The translations under genes were made by a program, and so were the position numbers. Under the pieces are notes generated by a model. It ran no database searches, had not been told where the DNA came from, and worked only from the letters and a program-made list of their open reading frames with translations. DNA of 64,000 bases from an uncultured Planctomycetaceae bacterium (GTDB lineage: Bacteria > Planctomycetota > Planctomycetia > Planctomycetales > Planctomycetaceae). Positions 46,171 to 57,312 of this stretch are shown here, piece by piece. Every line of letters starts with the position of its first letter. Position 1 is the first letter of the stretch. The stretch spans positions 544,001-608,000 of the forward strand of contig CAWFAK010000017.1 in the NCBI GenBank assembly GCA_963813715.1. The letters run 5' to 3'.

Positions 46171-47371
46171 ATGTCACAGTCACAGAGCGTGCTGACGATT
46201 AACGCCGGCTCGTCGAGCATCAAGTTTGCCCTGTTCGACGCAAGTGGCGAACCGCAGCGGACGATCACCGGGCAGCTGGAACGCATCGGCACGCCCGAGT
46301 CGGCGATCGCGTGGCGGACGAAGGACCAGAGCGACATGCAGCGGCAGCCGCTGGGGGCGAAAACTAGCCAAGCCGCGGTCGAGCCATTCGTCCGCTGGCT
46401 CGACGCGCAGGTGGGACGCGCTGCCATTCAGGCCGTCGGGCATCGGGTCGTTCATGGCGGCCCGACCTATTGGCAGCCGACGCGCGCGACGCCGGAGGTC
46501 ATCGCCGAGTTGCGCCGACTCAGCCCGCTCGATCCGAAGCACCTGCCGGCCGAAATCGACCTGATCGAAGCCTTTTCGCAGCATCTGCCGAGCGTGCCGC
46601 AGGTGCTCTGCTTTGACACCGCCTTTCATCACGAACTCCCCCGCGCGTCGCGACTGCTACCGGTGCCCCGCCGCTTCGAGGCCCAGGGCGTGCGGCGTTA
46701 CGGCTTTCACGGACTCTCTTACACGTTTCTGTTGAGCGAGATCGAACGACTCGCCGGCAAGGAAGCCGCGCGCGGGCGAATCATCCTGGCGCATCTGGGC
46801 TCCGGAGCAAGCATGGCTGCGGTCCGCGACGGTCGTCCGATCGACACGACCATGGCCTTCACGCCGACGGCCGGACTGGTGATGGCGACCCGCTGTGGCG
46901 ATCTCGATCCGGGTTTTCTGCTGTACCTGATGCGCACGGAGCGAGCCGGGGCGGACGCGATTGACGAGTTGGTCAACAGTCAGTCAGGACTCTTGGGAAT
47001 CTCCGAAACGTCGCCCGACATGCGAGACCTGCTCGATCGGGAAAAGAGCGATCCGCGCGCAGCCGACGCCATCCTGGTTTTTTGCTACCAGGCAAAAAAG
47101 TGGATCGGCGCCCTGGCCGCCGCCTTGGGCGGGCTCGATCTGCTGGTCTTCAGCGGCGGCATCGGCGAGAACTCGGTCCCGGCCCGCGCCCGCATCTGCG
47201 AGGGGCTCGAGTTTCTGGGCGTGCGGCTCGACCGGGCCCGAAACGAGCGGAGGCGCGGACGTCATCTCAGCCAATGAGTCCCCGACGTGCGTTCGCGTGA
47301 TCCGCACGGACGAGGAATTGGTGATCGCCCGCGCCGTGCGGTCGCTGCTGGGCCGCTCGGGCGTCGCCTGA
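46171..47371 (+). CDS. ackA: Acetate kinase (frameshift near 47250)
   Basis: INAGSSSIKF, GHRVVHGG, FDTAFH, YGFHGLS, HLGSGAS, GGIGEN, TDEE. Confidence 0.95.
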
Positions 47372-47648
47372 TTGCCGTGAAAAAACTCGGCGCCAAACCA
47401 GCGAATTTTGTTGACCTTCCCCAGTCTCGACGTAGAGTTGCAAACGATTTTGCCGCCCATCTCCGGCATTTCGGGACGGTGTCGACGGTCCGCTCTTTGA
47501 CGATTGCATCGGCAAAGTGGTCCGGTCCTTCAATCGGCTTCGTTCCACTGCCGGCTCCCCCGGCGCGTCACGAGCAGATCACATCGGTTCAGTCGTGCGG
47601 CTCTCCTCTGGGGACGCCGCGCGGGACGCTTTTGGTCGGAGATTTCGG

Positions 47649-48700
47649 GTGCGCGTGCTCATCGTCGATGATGACGAAATCGCCCTCGAGCTATTGGGCG
47701 CGGCCATTGCCAGCGCCGGCTACGAGGTCAGCACGGCCAGCGACGGTTGCGAGGCGCTCGAGATTCTCCGCACGGGCGTCTTCCGCGTCGTAATCACCGA
47801 CTGGGAAATGCCGAACATGAACGGCATTGAGCTGTGCCGGAAGATCCGCGAACGGCAAAGCTCCAGCTACGTCTACATCATTCTGGTCACGTCACGTGAG
47901 GGAGCGCAGCACGTCGTCGAAGGGCTCGACTCGGGGGCGGATGACTTCATCAGCAAACCGTTCCATCCTGCGGAGCTGGCGCTGCGGGTCCGCTCCGGCA
48001 TGCGAATGTTGTCGATGGAGAGCTGCGACGTCACGATCTTCACGCTCGCCAAGCTGGCCGAATCGCGAAGTGCCGAGACGGGCGCTGCACCTCGAGCGGA
48101 TCCGCGAATACTGCCGGGTGCTCGCCGAGCGGCTGTCGCAGCATCCGAAGTTCCACGAAGAGATCGACGCCGACTATATCAACCTCATCTATCGCACGAG
48201 CCCGCTGCACGACATCGGCAAGGTGGGCGTGCCGGACTCGGTATTGCTCAAGTCGGGTCCGCTGACGGACGACGAATTTCAGACGATGAAGCTGCACGTG
48301 CGGCTCGGGGCGGAAACGCTCGAGGCGGCGGCCGGCGTGCAGCCCGACGCCGAATTCCTGCGGATGGCCCGCGAGATCGTGCAGACGCATCACGAGCGAT
48401 ACGACGGCAGCGGTTATCCGCAAGGCTTGATCGGTGACGAAATTCCGCTTTGCGGGCGGATCGTGGCGCTGGCCGACGTGTACGACGCGCTCACCGCGCG
48501 GCGCGTCTATCAAAACACGCAGGTGCACGATCTGGCCAAGGCGATTATTCTCGAATCTCGCGGCGTGCATTTCGACCCGGACATCGTCGATGCGTTCCTC
48601 GAGGCCGAAACGGAATTCATGAACATCCAGCAGTGCTTCGCCGATCACGGCAGCCAGCATGAAGCGGGTGCGCCGGAATGTTCGCGCAAAGCATGCTGGG
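47649..48700 (+). CDS. Response regulator with HD-GYP phosphodiesterase domain (frameshift near 48080; 3' end uncertain)
   Basis: Receiver VDDD/DWEMP/KP; LHDIGK, HHERYDGSGYP. Confidence 0.9.
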
Positions 48701-48798
48701 CGAGGGAGTCGGAGCCCGAGCCGTGCTCCGCCGCTAGCGGCACGAGCTTCGCGGGTCGGTGGAGCGAGCCGCCGACCGACGCTCACCGGCACAACTCC

Positions 48799-49830
48799 TC
48801 AGCGGAAGAATTCTTCCGCCTCGTTGAGGAAGTCGGGGTCGAGCGTCCGCATCGTTCCGACTGCCTCGGACAAGAGCACGCTGACGATCTTGGTGCCGCG
48901 CAGCGCGACCATCCGGCCGAATTCCTTGCGGAGCGCCAGGCGGGCCGCATGAATGCCCAGGCGGGTGCCGAGCACGCGGTCGTAGGCGCTCGGAGTGCCG
49001 CCGCGCTGCAGGTGGCCGAGTGTGACGACGCGCGTCTCGATGCCCGTCCGTTTTTCGATCAGGTCCGCGATGATCTCGCCGATGCCGCCCAGTCGCACAT
49101 GGCCGAAATCGTCGATTTCGGCCGCCCGCGTGACGAATTTGGCTTCGTCGGGCAAGCGGGCGCCTTCGCTGACGACCACGATGCCGTAGGGCTTGCCCGC
49201 CGCACGGCGCTTCTTGAGCAAGTCGCACATGCGGTCGACGTTAACCTCGGTTTCCGGAACCAGGATGAAGTCGGCCGCCGACGCCATGCCCGAGTAGCAG
49301 GCGATCCAGCCGGCGTGACGGCCCATCGTTTCGATGACCATGATCCGCCGGTGCGATTCGGCCGTGGTCTTGATGCGGTCGATGGCCTCCATGTTGATGT
49401 TGATGGCCGTGTCGAAACCGAATGTGACGTCGGTCGAGCTGAGATCGTTGTCGATGGTTTTGGGCACACCGACGGTCGCCAGGCCACGATCGTTAAACAG
49501 CCTGCTCGCGACGCCCAGGGTATCGTCGCCGCCGATTGCGATCAGACAATCGAGCTCGAGCTTTTCGAATGTTTCCTGAACGCGTTCGACGTCCTCGGCC
49601 TTTTTGTAGGGATTGGTGCGGGAAGAGCCCAGAATTGTGCCGCCGCGATCGATCAGGCCGTCGGTGTACTCGGGCGAGAGGGCGATGCAGTTGCCTTCGA
49701 TGGCGCCGCGCCAACCTTCGAGCAAACCCAGGGTTTCACCGCCGCCGTTATGAATCGTGCGGACGATCGCGCGGATCACCGCGTTGAGACCGGGGCAGTC
49801 GCCGCCCCCGGTCAAGACACCCGCTTTCAT
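48799..49830 (-). CDS. pfk: Phosphofructokinase, probably PPi-dependent
   Basis: [23 protein letters not shown]. Confidence 0.92.
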   Translation of the reverse strand: MKAGVLTGGGDCPGLNAVIRAIVRTIHNGGGETLGLLEGWRGAIEGNCIALSPEYTDGLIDRGGTILGSSRTNPYKKAEDVERVQETFEKLELDCLIAIGGDDTLGVASRLFNDRGLATVGVPKTIDNDLSSTDVTFGFDTAININMEAIDRIKTTAESHRRIMVIETMGRHAGWIACYSGMASAADFILVPETEVNVDRMCDLLKKRRAAGKPYGIVVVSEGARLPDEAKFVTRAAEIDDFGHVRLGGIGEIIADLIEKRTGIETRVVTLGHLQRGGTPSAYDRVLGTRLGIHAARLALRKEFGRMVALRGTKIVSVLLSEAVGTMRTLDPDFLNEAEEFFR

Positions 49831-51170
49831 GATGCCCAGGTCCTTTCGATGAAGGTCGTATCCACCTCGCCGGCGAGGAACGCAGAGTGACTGACGATTT
49901 TTCGCAAGAGGGGAATCGTGGTCTTAATCCCCTCCACGGCGAATTCGTCGAGCGCTCGACGCAGGCAGGCCAGGGCTTCCGCGCGAGAGTCCCGGTGCAC
50001 GATCAACTTGCCGATGAGTGAATCATAATACGGGCCAATTGTGTAGCCTTCATGTGCGTGCGTGTCGAGACGAACCCCCGGCCCGCCCGGCGCCCGCCAC
50101 TTGGTGATCTTGCCGGGGCTGCCGCGGAAGCCGTTCTCCGGATCTTCGGCATTGATCCGCACTTCGATCGCCGAGCCGCGACAGGCGACGTTTTTCTGTT
50201 TGAGCGTGAGCGGCTGCCCGTCGGCGATGCGGATCTGCTGCTGGATCAGATCGAGGCCGGTCACCTGCTCCGTCACCGGGTGTTCGACCTGGATGCGGGC
50301 GTTCACCTCGATGAAGTAAAAGCGGTTTTGGGCGTCGACGATGAACTCGCAAGTGCCCGCATTGGTGTAGCCGGCGGCCTTCACCAGCCGCACGGCCGAG
50401 CGGCAAATGTCTTCCCGCACGGAGGCGGGCAGCGCGGGGGCGGGGCTTTCCTCGATCAGCTTCTGGTGGCGGCGCTGCGTCGAGCAGTCGCGCTCCCACA
50501 GGTGCAGCACGTTGCCGTGATTGTCGGCCAGGATCTGGACTTCGATGTGGCGGGGCCGCTCGACGTATTTTTCGATATAGACGCCCGGGTTCTTGAACGA
50601 CTTTTCCGCCTCGGCCGCGGCCGCCTTGATCCCGCCTTTGAGCGAGATATCGTTCATGGCGACGCGCATCCCTTTGCCGCCGCCGCCGGCCGTGGCCTTG
50701 ATCAACACGGGGTAGCCGATCCGCCCCGCAACGGCCAGCGCCTCGTGCTCGTTGGTGACGAGACCGTCGCTGCCCGGGACAACGGGGACCTTAGCCTCGA
50801 TAGCCACCTTGCGGGCGCTCACCTTGTCGCCCAACAGGGCCATCGCTTCGTGCCGCGGGCCGATGAACTCGATGTTGCAGCTGCGGCAGACCTCGGCGAA
50901 GTGCGCGTTCTCAGCGAGAAATCCGTAGCCCGGATGGATCGCCTGCACGTTGCCGATTTCGGCCGCGCTGATGATCCGGTTGATGAGCAGATAGCTCTCG
51001 TTCGACGGTCCGCGGCCGATGCAATAAGCCTCGTCGGCGAGCGACAGGTAGTGGGCGCCGCGGTCCGCTTCACTGAAGACGGCCACCGTCTGAATGCCCA
51101 TCTCGCGGCACGCGCGAATCACCCGCAGGGCGATTTCTCCGCGGTTGGCGACCAGGATGCGTTGGAACAT
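49827..51170 (-). CDS. accC: Biotin carboxylase
   Basis: [31 protein letters not shown]. Confidence 0.96.
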   Translation of the reverse strand: MFQRILVANRGEIALRVIRACREMGIQTVAVFSEADRGAHYLSLADEAYCIGRGPSNESYLLINRIISAAEIGNVQAIHPGYGFLAENAHFAEVCRSCNIEFIGPRHEAMALLGDKVSARKVAIEAKVPVVPGSDGLVTNEHEALAVAGRIGYPVLIKATAGGGGKGMRVAMNDISLKGGIKAAAAEAEKSFKNPGVYIEKYVERPRHIEVQILADNHGNVLHLWERDCSTQRRHQKLIEESPAPALPASVREDICRSAVRLVKAAGYTNAGTCEFIVDAQNRFYFIEVNARIQVEHPVTEQVTGLDLIQQQIRIADGQPLTLKQKNVACRGSAIEVRINAEDPENGFRGSPGKITKWRAPGGPGVRLDTHAHEGYTIGPYYDSLIGKLIVHRDSRAEALACLRRALDEFAVEGIKTTIPLLRKIVSHSAFLAGEVDTTFIERTWAS

Positions 51171-51359
51171 TGTGCGCCTTGCGACCGGCCTGGCGGCCCG
51201 GTCACGTTGTCGGTTTGCTGCTTGTGTTTGGCGGCCCGCCCTTCAAAGAATGCGGTCTTCCAAAGGAGGCGGTCTTCATCAACAAGCCGTTCCCGAGCGG
51301 GAGCCTGGGAACGCCGCAGAAGCCGCGGCGAGCCGCCGGGGATTACAAGTCTCTGGGGA

Positions 51360-51857
51360 TTAGCCGGGACGGACGCGGAACAACGGCTGCCCGAATTCGA
51401 CCGAATCGCCGTTCTTCACCAGGATCTCGACGACTGTTCCGCTAACCTCGGCCGGAATCTGATTGAACACCTTCATCGCCTCGACGATGCAGACGACGGT
51501 TTCGGGAGAAATGCGCGACCCGATCGATACGAAGGGATTATCGTCGGGCGTTGCGGCGGAATAAAACGTTCCCACCGTGGGACTGTTGATCGTGATCGTG
51601 CCGTCGGCCGGACGCGTCGCGGGCTGCGTGGGATTGGCGGCTCCAATGGCCGGAATTTCACCGGAGGACGGGGGCGGAGCGACGGCCGGGACATAGACCG
51701 TTTGGGCGGCCTGCTCTCCGCCGCGCCGCAACGTCCACTTCTGATCGCCGCTCTTCAGGCTGACTTCGGTCAGCCCGTGCGTTTCCATCAGCTTGACCAG
51801 CTGCACGAGCTTGTCGAAATCGAAGGGGGCGTCTTGCGGTTTTTCGGCGTCAGACAT
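51360..51857 (-). CDS. accB: Biotin carboxyl carrier protein
   Basis: SPTVGTFY, EAMKV. Confidence 0.96.
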   Translation of the reverse strand: MSDAEKPQDAPFDFDKLVQLVKLMETHGLTEVSLKSGDQKWTLRRGGEQAAQTVYVPAVAPPPSSGEIPAIGAANPTQPATRPADGTITINSPTVGTFYSAATPDDNPFVSIGSRISPETVVCIVEAMKVFNQIPAEVSGTVVEILVKNGDSVEFGQPLFRVRPG

Positions 51858-51975
51858 GCGAGCGACCGTCAGTCTCTGCTTCGGCTGAAAAGATGGTCCC
51901 CGGGACAGGCAGCCGTGCCTGGCCGAGGTCTCGTGGACCCTCGGGCAAAGTTGGACGGACCGGGCGACGGCCGAA

Positions 51976-53062
51976 TCACGCCGCGGATTCCAGATCCCGC
52001 GACAGCGACGTCAGGACTTCATGTCCTGTGCGCGTGACGAGCACGTCGTCTTCGATGCGAATCCCTCCCCAACCGGGCAAATAAATTCCCGGCTCTACCG
52101 TGACTACCATTCCCGGTTTCAACTCAGTTTTCGAGTTCTGGGAGACGCGTGGACCTTCGTGAATCTCCAGTCCAATCCCGTGTCCCAAACCGTGACCGAA
52201 ATTCTTCCCAAAACCGGCCTGAGCGATGACCTCTCGAGCGGCCGCGTCGACCGCCGCCCCCGAGACGCCCGGCCGAATCGCCTCGATGGCGCGGCGTTGG
52301 GCCTGCAACACAACTCTATGTAGCTTCTCAAGTTTGGGCGAGATGGTACCGGTGACCACCATTCGCGTCAAGTCACTGTGATAGCCGCTGACGGTCTTCG
52401 CCCCCCAGTCGACCAGCAGGAAGTCCGACTCGCCGATGCGGGCGAAAGTCGGCCGGGCATGAGGCAACGCGGCCCGCGGGCCGACCGCGATGATCGTGTC
52501 GAAACCGGCCTGCTTGGCCCCGAAGTGCCGCATGGCCCGTTCCAGCTCGTTAGCCGCCTGCTGTTCGGTCATCTGCGGCTCGAGCGAGGCCTTCAAGAGC
52601 TGAAAACCCCGCTCGGCCTGGACGATGGCCATGCGAATGTCCGCCAGCTCATCCTCATCCTTGATCAGTCGCAGCGTTTCGACGAGATCGGACTGCGGGA
52701 CTAGTTCGAGCGGCTTGACCGTTTGGGCGATCGCCTGCCACTGGGCAAAGGAGGTGGTCGCACTCTCGAAGGCTAGCTTTTGCAACTTGGCGCGGCCGAC
52801 CACTTCGCCGACGGCTTCGGACAGGGTTTTGGTCCGCGGGCGAATGTGCGCCTCGAGCCCGGGGCACTCTTCGGGGATTTGGGTCTCGAAACGACTGTCG
52901 CTGATCAAGACCGTCACGCCGCGGCCCACGAGCAAAAAACTATCCTCGCCCGTGAAGCCGGTGAGATAGCGCACGTTGACCGGCGACGTGACCAATAGCG
53001 CGTCGGCTCCGACCGCTTTGAGCTGCTTGAGCAGCCGGTCGCGTCGCAGAGCCGGTCGATCG
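51976..53062 (-). CDS. Xaa-Pro aminopeptidase (M24); start codon not resolved
   Basis: YLTGFTG, HGLGHGIGLEIHE, TVEPGIY, GIRIEDD. Confidence 0.9.
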
Positions 53063-53131
53063 GCGCGGCTGATCGATCGCCGCGAGCGGCGGCCTCGGTG
53101 CGGCTCGGGCGAGCGGGTCGGCCGGGTCGGT

Positions 53132-54226
53132 TCAGAGTGCGTGGTGGGATAGGATCGCGCCTTCGTCGAAGATCAGGTGATTGACGACCGTCCGCTTATC
53201 GGACGTGTAGACGACGTGGATCTTGCCATCGCGCGTCTGCAGGGCCGTGGGATAGGCGGCCGAGTCGCCCGGCTTGTTCACGATGTTGCGTTTGTAGGGG
53301 TAGCTTTTGTCCTCGTCAACCGAGATCGCCGCCGTGAGCGGCATCCGGGTGTTGCCGCCGTTGTCGTTATAGATCAGCACCAAGTGGCCGTTTTTTAACT
53401 TGATGAAATCGGTGGCCGAGTTGGGATTGGGGAAGTTCGATTCGGTGCCGTCGCTCCAGGTGTAGCCGCCGTCGTGGGATTCCATCCTCACCAGATGCCC
53501 GCCGTCCTGCTGCGTGTAACCTCCGCCGCGACGTGAGTAGGCCACGAGGTCGTTGTCCGTGAGCTGCACGACCGATGGCTGCAGGTTCCCGAACTTCGAG
53601 TGGACCAACTTAGTCGGCGCCCACTCGGTCGCACCTTTCTTCTTCCGGAGGAAAAACGAAGCCGTGTCCGGCCCGACGAATTCTTGATCATGGCCCGTCT
53701 CGCGGTAGACGGGGAGCAAATAGTCGCCGTTGTTGAGCGCGAGCGGCCTCGCCCGGACCATCGAACCTTCCTCGAAGGCCAGCATGTCCGAGTCGGACCA
53801 GGTGTTGGCTCCGTCGCGCGAAATCTTGTATTTGATCCGCGAGTTCGACCAGGTCGGCCCGTAGCGCACAACGTAAAACAGCCAGACGAGGCCGTCCGGC
53901 GCCTGCCAAACGACGCCATTGCCGTCGGAGCGGAACGGCGTGTCGGCGATCACGACGGGCCGAGTCCAGTGATCCGTGCCCTTCACGAGCCGCGAACCGC
54001 GGACCCACGTATCCTCGCCGTATTCGCTCGAGCCGCCGTAGTAGACGAGGTACAGGTCACCATTGGCCAATTCGGTGAAGCAGACCGGATGCTTATACGG
54101 ATCGGGCAGCTCGGGCCCAAAGACCCGTTCGTGACGAATGTCGTCGCCCGCCCGCGCCGGACTTCCACTCGCGAGCTGCCCGAGACCCAAACCGATCGCC
54201 AGTAACCCAACCGTCGCAAATCTCAC
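53132..54226 (-). CDS. Secreted sialidase-like (BNR/Asp-box) protein
   Basis: SRDGANTW and SHDGGYTW Asp-boxes, AYP; signal peptide. Confidence 0.85.
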   Translation of the reverse strand: MRFATVGLLAIGLGLGQLASGSPARAGDDIRHERVFGPELPDPYKHPVCFTELANGDLYLVYYGGSSEYGEDTWVRGSRLVKGTDHWTRPVVIADTPFRSDGNGVVWQAPDGLVWLFYVVRYGPTWSNSRIKYKISRDGANTWSDSDMLAFEEGSMVRARPLALNNGDYLLPVYRETGHDQEFVGPDTASFFLRKKKGATEWAPTKLVHSKFGNLQPSVVQLTDNDLVAYSRRGGGYTQQDGGHLVRMESHDGGYTWSDGTESNFPNPNSATDFIKLKNGHLVLIYNDNGGNTRMPLTAAISVDEDKSYPYKRNIVNKPGDSAAYPTALQTRDGKIHVVYTSDKRTVVNHLIFDEGAILSHHAL

Positions 54227-54264
54227 GCTGCATCGCTCCCAGCACGGGCCGAGGCTAATCTCTT

Positions 54265-54307
54265 TCCCCCTCTCCCATTCCAATGGGAAAGGGTCGGGGT
54301 GAGGGCC
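54265..54307. repeat. REP-like palindrome, copy 2
   Basis: Reverse complement CCCTCACCCCGACCCTTTCCCATT...AATGGGAGAGGG resembles the 12338 element. Confidence 0.6.
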
Positions 54308-54524
54308 GTCTTCGATTTTCGTTTGCCCAAACGGCTGCGTTTTCGCTTCACCTGTACGCCGCGCAGGCTCCGCCACGTCGGCCCAACTTCAAGTTTGCCA
54401 ACGGCGGCTAACGCTGACAATTGATACGCCCGATTTGACGTGCCGGCTTGCGTACGAGATCCTCAAGGGCGCGACGCAGCGTTCGTGCTCGCGATTCAGT
54501 TCTGCCGATTTAAGCGATTTCTCG

Positions 54525-55201
54525 TGACGCTTCCTCTCGATTCGCCGCAAACACCCCGCGATACGCCCGCACAAAATGATGAGCTGGCGCGGCCGGTGGC
54601 GTCCGACGTTCGCCCCGCAGGCGGCGGGGTGGTCTCCTGGATCGTGCTCCTGACGATTACCGCTGCTGCGCTCGCCATTACCTTTGCCCATTTTCCGCCG
54701 ACTTTCAAAAAGCTCGGTCTGTTGGGTGTGGCCTACGGCGTACTGGTCGGCCTGGCCGGAGTCTGGCTGGCGCCCTCGACTCGCCGCGTCCGCCTCCGGC
54801 CCTGGTTATGGACGTTTCTAGTGGTGATCCTGGCCGTCGCCGGCCAGATCGGCATCGCGGTGGAATCTTTTCGTCTGACCTGGGCGGAGGAGCAGCGGCT
54901 CGAGCGAGCCAACCCGAATCAATTGCTGGCCCGACAGCTGCTCGAGTCGGTCCAGGAACCGCCCGACGCAAAGTCACAGGCCTCGCTCGACGAGTTTCGA
55001 CGCACCCACGTCCGAGCGGGCGACTCTTTCGGCGACTACCTCGAATTTCGCGTTTCCAATCTGGGCATTCGCTCCAAATGGGGGGCGGTCTTGTTTTGGG
55101 CGGCCGAGGTGGTTCTGGGCGGCCTGGCCGCGGGGTGGATCTTTTTCAGGCGGAGCGGGGCAAAGTCCTTCTGCCCTTCCGCCGCCGGCGGCTGCGTTTG
55201 A
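54525..55201 (+). CDS. Hypothetical membrane protein
   Basis: Four hydrophobic segments; start uncertain. Confidence 0.6.
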
Positions 55202-55279
55202 CGCCACGGGCGGCTCCGCTAAGCTGGAAGAATGACCCTCAAGCCGCCGCATCCGCAGCCCAATTTGGGAAGGGCGACC

Positions 55280-55681
55280 ATGATCGTGGGAGTCGGCACT
55301 GACATCGTCGAGATCCCGCGCATCGGCAAGATGATCGAACGGCACGGCGAGCACTTTCTGCAGCGGGTCTACACGGAGGAGGAAATCCGCTACTGCCAGC
55401 GGCGCAAGGAATCGTTTCAGCACTTTGCCGGTCGCTGGGCCGCCAAGGAGTCTGTGATGAAGACCCTCGGCACGGGCTGGACGCGGGGCGTCGGCTGGCT
55501 CGATATCGAAGTGGCCACCAAGCGCTCGGGCCAGCCGGTGATCAACATTCGCGGCAGCGCTCGCGAAATTGCCGATCACCTGGGCATTGGCGAAGTTCTG
55601 ATCTCGATCTCGCACTGCCGCACCTACGCCATGGCCACGGCGATTGCATTGGGATTGCCGCAGCACGACAGCGTGAAGTGA
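55280..55681 (+). CDS. acpS: Holo-ACP synthase
   Basis: GVGTDIVE, FAGRWAAKES, ISISH. Confidence 0.95.
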   Translation: MIVGVGTDIVEIPRIGKMIERHGEHFLQRVYTEEEIRYCQRRKESFQHFAGRWAAKESVMKTLGTGWTRGVGWLDIEVATKRSGQPVINIRGSAREIADHLGIGEVLISISHCRTYAMATAIALGLPQHDSVK

Positions 55682-55813
55682 CCGACCTGCAAAGTGACGG
55701 CCGGGCACGGTATCATTTCGGCGAATCGGCCGACCCTGCAGGTTGCAACGGCGGCGCTCAGTTTCGAACAAAGACGTATCGAACAGAAATACGGTGAAGG
55801 AGGCTTTGGGCTC

Positions 55814-57178
55814 ATGTACCTGGCGAACCGCCTGGCGGAGTATGCGGCGAAGTTGCGATACGACCAGCTGGACCCGGCCACCGTTCACGAAGTGCGCCGC
55901 CGGCTGATCGACTCTCTGGCGTGTGCGCTGGGAGCCTACGACGCCGGCGCTCCGTCGGTCGCGCGACGCGTCGCGGGTCGCGTCAACTGCCAGCCGGGGG
56001 CCAGCTTTCTGGGCGGCCGCAACAAGACCGTGCCGCCGCTGGCCGCGTTTTGTAACGGCATCCTGTTTCGCTACCTCGACTACAACGACACCTATCTCTC
56101 CCTCGAGCCCGCTCACCCCAGCGACAACTTCGCGGCCGTCCTCGCCGCGGCCGAGGCGGCCGGCGCCGGCGGCAAAGAAATCATTACGGCCGTTGTGCTC
56201 GCCTACGAAATCCAGTGCCGGCTGTGCGACGCCGCGTCGATCCGCAAGCACGGCTGGGATCATGTGACTTACGGTGCCTTTTCGACGGCGGCGGCCGCGG
56301 GCAAGCTGCTCAAGCTGAACGCCGAACAAATCACGCAGGCTCTTAACCTGGCCGGCACGCCCAACGTCACGCTGCGACAAACGCGGGCGGGCGAATTGTC
56401 CGAGTGGAAGGGCTGCGCGTTCGCCAATGCTTCGCGAAACGGAGTCTTCGCCGCGCTGCTCGCTGCGGAAGGGCTGACGGGGCCCGCGCCGATCTTCGAG
56501 GGCGAAATGGGATTCTTCAAACAGGTCTCCGGACCGTTGACGCTGCCCAAGTTGGGGGGTGAAGTCGGTGGCGACGACTTCATGATCAAGAAGACGTCCA
56601 TCAAGTTCTGGCCCGCCGAGTATCACTCGCAAAGTGCCATTCATGCGGCCCTCGAGCTGCGTCGCGAAATTCGCGATCGCTCCAAGATCCAATCGATCGA
56701 CATCGAATCGTTCGACGCGGCCGTCGACATCATCGGCAAGGATCCGGAGAAATGGCGGCCCAAGACCCGCGAGACGGCAGACCACAGCCTGCCCTATTGC
56801 ACGGCCGTCGCGCTCATGGATGGCGACGTCACGCTGGACTCGTTCAGCGACGCGCGGCTGCATGACGAGGCCCTGCTCGACCTGGTCGCTCGGATCAAGA
56901 TCCATCGGAACGCCGACCTCACGGCCCGTTATCCCAAGGGAATTCCCAACCGCATCACCGTCACCCTGCAGGACGGCACCCAGCTGACGGCCGAAAACGA
57001 ATTCCCCCGTGGCCACGATCAGAACCCGATGACCGACGAGGAAGTCGCCGCGAAATTTCACCGCACAGCGAAGGGACGCCTCGACGCAGCCGCCCAAGAG
57101 CGGGTGCTCGATCTGTGCTGGCACCTCGAGTCGCTCGACGACGTCGGCAAGCTCTTCGCGCTCTTCCCGCCGGCGTGA
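55814..57178 (+). CDS. prpD: 2-methylcitrate dehydratase (MmgE/PrpD family)
   Basis: RYLDYNDTY, HPSDN, GWDH, WKG, ADHSLPY. Confidence 0.88.
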   Translation: MYLANRLAEYAAKLRYDQLDPATVHEVRRRLIDSLACALGAYDAGAPSVARRVAGRVNCQPGASFLGGRNKTVPPLAAFCNGILFRYLDYNDTYLSLEPAHPSDNFAAVLAAAEAAGAGGKEIITAVVLAYEIQCRLCDAASIRKHGWDHVTYGAFSTAAAAGKLLKLNAEQITQALNLAGTPNVTLRQTRAGELSEWKGCAFANASRNGVFAALLAAEGLTGPAPIFEGEMGFFKQVSGPLTLPKLGGEVGGDDFMIKKTSIKFWPAEYHSQSAIHAALELRREIRDRSKIQSIDIESFDAAVDIIGKDPEKWRPKTRETADHSLPYCTAVALMDGDVTLDSFSDARLHDEALLDLVARIKIHRNADLTARYPKGIPNRITVTLQDGTQLTAENEFPRGHDQNPMTDEEVAAKFHRTAKGRLDAAAQERVLDLCWHLESLDDVGKLFALFPPA

Positions 57179-57193
57179 TTGGGGGCGCGTGAT

Positions 57194-57284
57194 TGTAGGG
57201 TGTGACAAGGCCGCAGGCCGCGGGCACACCGATTCTCTGGCGGTTGACGAAATGGTGTGCCGGCGCTCGCTGGTCACACCCTGC
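57194..57284. repeat. GTAG-type REP/REPIN-like inverted repeat
   Basis: GTAGGGTGTGAC...GGCACACC / GGTGTGCC...GTCACACCCTGC between convergent genes. Confidence 0.6.
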
Positions 57285-57312
57285 GACACTGATCACCGTC
57301 AATGAACGGCGA

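Noticed and set aside
47827..49890. 687-aa ORF extending HD-GYP across pfk
   Set aside because: The extension is antisense to pfk; probably read-through caused by an indel
50052..57289. Long antisense ORFs (50052-52037, 54974-57289; similarly 39199-40779 and 22650-24320)
   Set aside because: Shadow frames of real genes, typical of GC3-biased sequence
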